Source of the DNA: a virus
Taxonomy: Duplodnaviria; Caudoviricetes
Virus record (IMG/VR): IMGVR_UViG_3300044641_001138
Span: 1 to 27,790 of that record
Length of the DNA: 27,790 bases
Direction: 5' to 3' (one strand)
A program made the translations under genes and the position numbers. The notes beneath the pieces are model-generated. The model saw only the letters and a program-made list of their open reading frames with translations, searched no databases and was not told the DNA's origin. Shown one piece after another: positions 26,668 through 27,790 of the stretch. Position 1 is the stretch's first letter, and each line of letters starts with the position of its first letter.

Positions 26668-27671
26668 TACAATACTCCAGGTGTACCAAAGTTTGTTATA
26701 TACTTTTCTAGGATTCTGTCTACTAGGATATTTCCTGTACCTTCAAGTGCAGACTTATCAATCTTAATCTTATATTGATCGGTAGAGTAGTCAAGGATAT
26801 ATCTCTTGTGATATTCCATTCTTCCACACTTAATATCATCAATAACCATTGTAATAGCATCCTGGATATCATAAGGCACTACCTTGTACCCAGTTTCAAG
26901 CGAGAACAGATAGTTGAAGGTTATTGGAAATGTAACACCTGCTGCAACTGCTAAAGTTACTGGGCTATCTTCTGTGTCATATAAATATATGGAATCTGAT
27001 TCACCAAGCGGTACACCCTTTGGTGTTCCAACTGCTCTAACATATGAATCAGTCATTTGCTGATTCCATTCTTTAATAATTGCTGTCTTATCTTTTGTTA
27101 ACAAATAATTCCACTCATATAATGCTGCAGGATCTTGTGTTGAATCCCAGACAAGTTCATTATTTTCGTAAGCCTTTAAGATTTTATAAACTCTGTCCCA
27201 GATAGCAAGGTAGTCTGTTCCATTACCATTTACTTCATACCAAGATCTTTCGTAGTAAAATCCACCTGGAACTATGGAGTCAATAATTGCTCTAGCCAAG
27301 GCTTCATACTTAATGTATTCATTAATTTCTGTTGCTGTGCCAGAACCATTAGTTCTTGCCAATGTTGTAGGATTTACATACGGACGCATAATCTCTAGGT
27401 TGTCTTCAACAACGATATCTCCTGGCTCTGGATTTTCAGAACCTGTTGAGTATACCGCTTCAAATATTGCTAAATAGTATGACTCATCATAAGAATTAAA
27501 TTGATCTGGCAGTGTATACTCTAGTTTTGACGCACTGGTAGATACGATGGTTTCTGTAATATCGTTTACATTTCTTGTGCTTTCATTAATAACAAGAATA
27601 TAATCAGTATTTGGCAAAGGAACATCATAAGATATTGTAAGCGGATATGGTGGTAAGCGCAGAATTTGCAT
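26667..27671 (-). CDS. Head-to-tail adaptor protein
   Basis: 334 aa; ARAIIDS, GYKVVPYDIQDA and TGNILVDRILEKY resemble adaptor (gp6/gp15-like) motifs; synteny. Confidence 0.7.
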   Translation of the reverse strand: MQILRLPPYPLTISYDVPLPNTDYILVINESTRNVNDITETIVSTSASKLEYTLPDQFNSYDESYYLAIFEAVYSTGSENPEPGDIVVEDNLEIMRPYVNPTTLARTNGSGTATEINEYIKYEALARAIIDSIVPGGFYYERSWYEVNGNGTDYLAIWDRVYKILKAYENNELVWDSTQDPAALYEWNYLLTKDKTAIIKEWNQQMTDSYVRAVGTPKGVPLGESDSIYLYDTEDSPVTLAVAAGVTFPITFNYLFSLETGYKVVPYDIQDAITMVIDDIKCGRMEYHKRYILDYSTDQYKIKIDKSALEGTGNILVDRILEKYITNFGTPGVL

Positions 27672-27790
27672 TAGATTTTACCGTAGTGTTTGGCTACTTC
27701 TTTAGGCGATGCTTCACGCACTGCTTTATGAGTTAACCATTTAACGGATGCCTCCTTAGTGACAATGTTATATCCTTTTTCAAGGGCACC
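27671..27790 (-). CDS. Hypothetical protein, 3' end (truncated at window edge)
   Basis: Open frame GALEKGYNIVTKEASVKWLTHKAVREASPKEVAKHYGKI* whose TAA overlaps the adaptor ATG. Confidence 0.75.
   Translation of the reverse strand, partial: GALEKGYNIVTKEASVKWLTHKAVREASPKEVAKHYGKI

Noticed and set aside
1-27790. Stop-codon reassignment, CRISPR array, tRNA, DGR or invertible tail-fibre system
   Set aside because: The standard code gives near-complete coding density with TAA, TAG and TGA all used as stops. No spaced repeats, cloverleafs, reverse transcriptase, template/variable repeat pair or invertase were seen.

Overview
This is an AT-rich, gene-dense segment of a tailed dsDNA phage, most likely a large siphovirus. 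All credible genes lie on the minus strand. In transcription order (right to left) the structural block contains: the 3' end of a hypothetical gene, a head-tail adaptor, a head-closure protein, a neck/tail-completion protein, a tail terminator, a major tail tube protein, two paralogous tail-assembly-chaperone-like genes, a 2330-aa tape measure protein, a distal-tail-like protein, a 1440-aa baseplate hub/Tal-like protein and four minor tail proteins. The replication block follows with no lysis cassette or obvious terminator in between: a Zn-finger protein, an HTH protein, two small hypotheticals, DnaB helicase, DnaG primase, gp32-like SSB, DnaE with a PHP domain, a MazG-like pyrophosphatase and a RecA-like gene truncated at the window edge. 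The most notable observation concerns the chaperones. The usual single frameshifting G/GT gene appears to be replaced by a gene duplication. An in-frame long GT-like gene sits behind a terminator and a probable leaderless promoter, and a separate short G-like paralog has its own extended -10 promoter, a palindrome and a strong Shine-Dalgarno site. The host cannot be determined here; an actinobacterial host is only an inference from gene content and promoter style. All product calls come from motif recognition and synteny, not from database searches.
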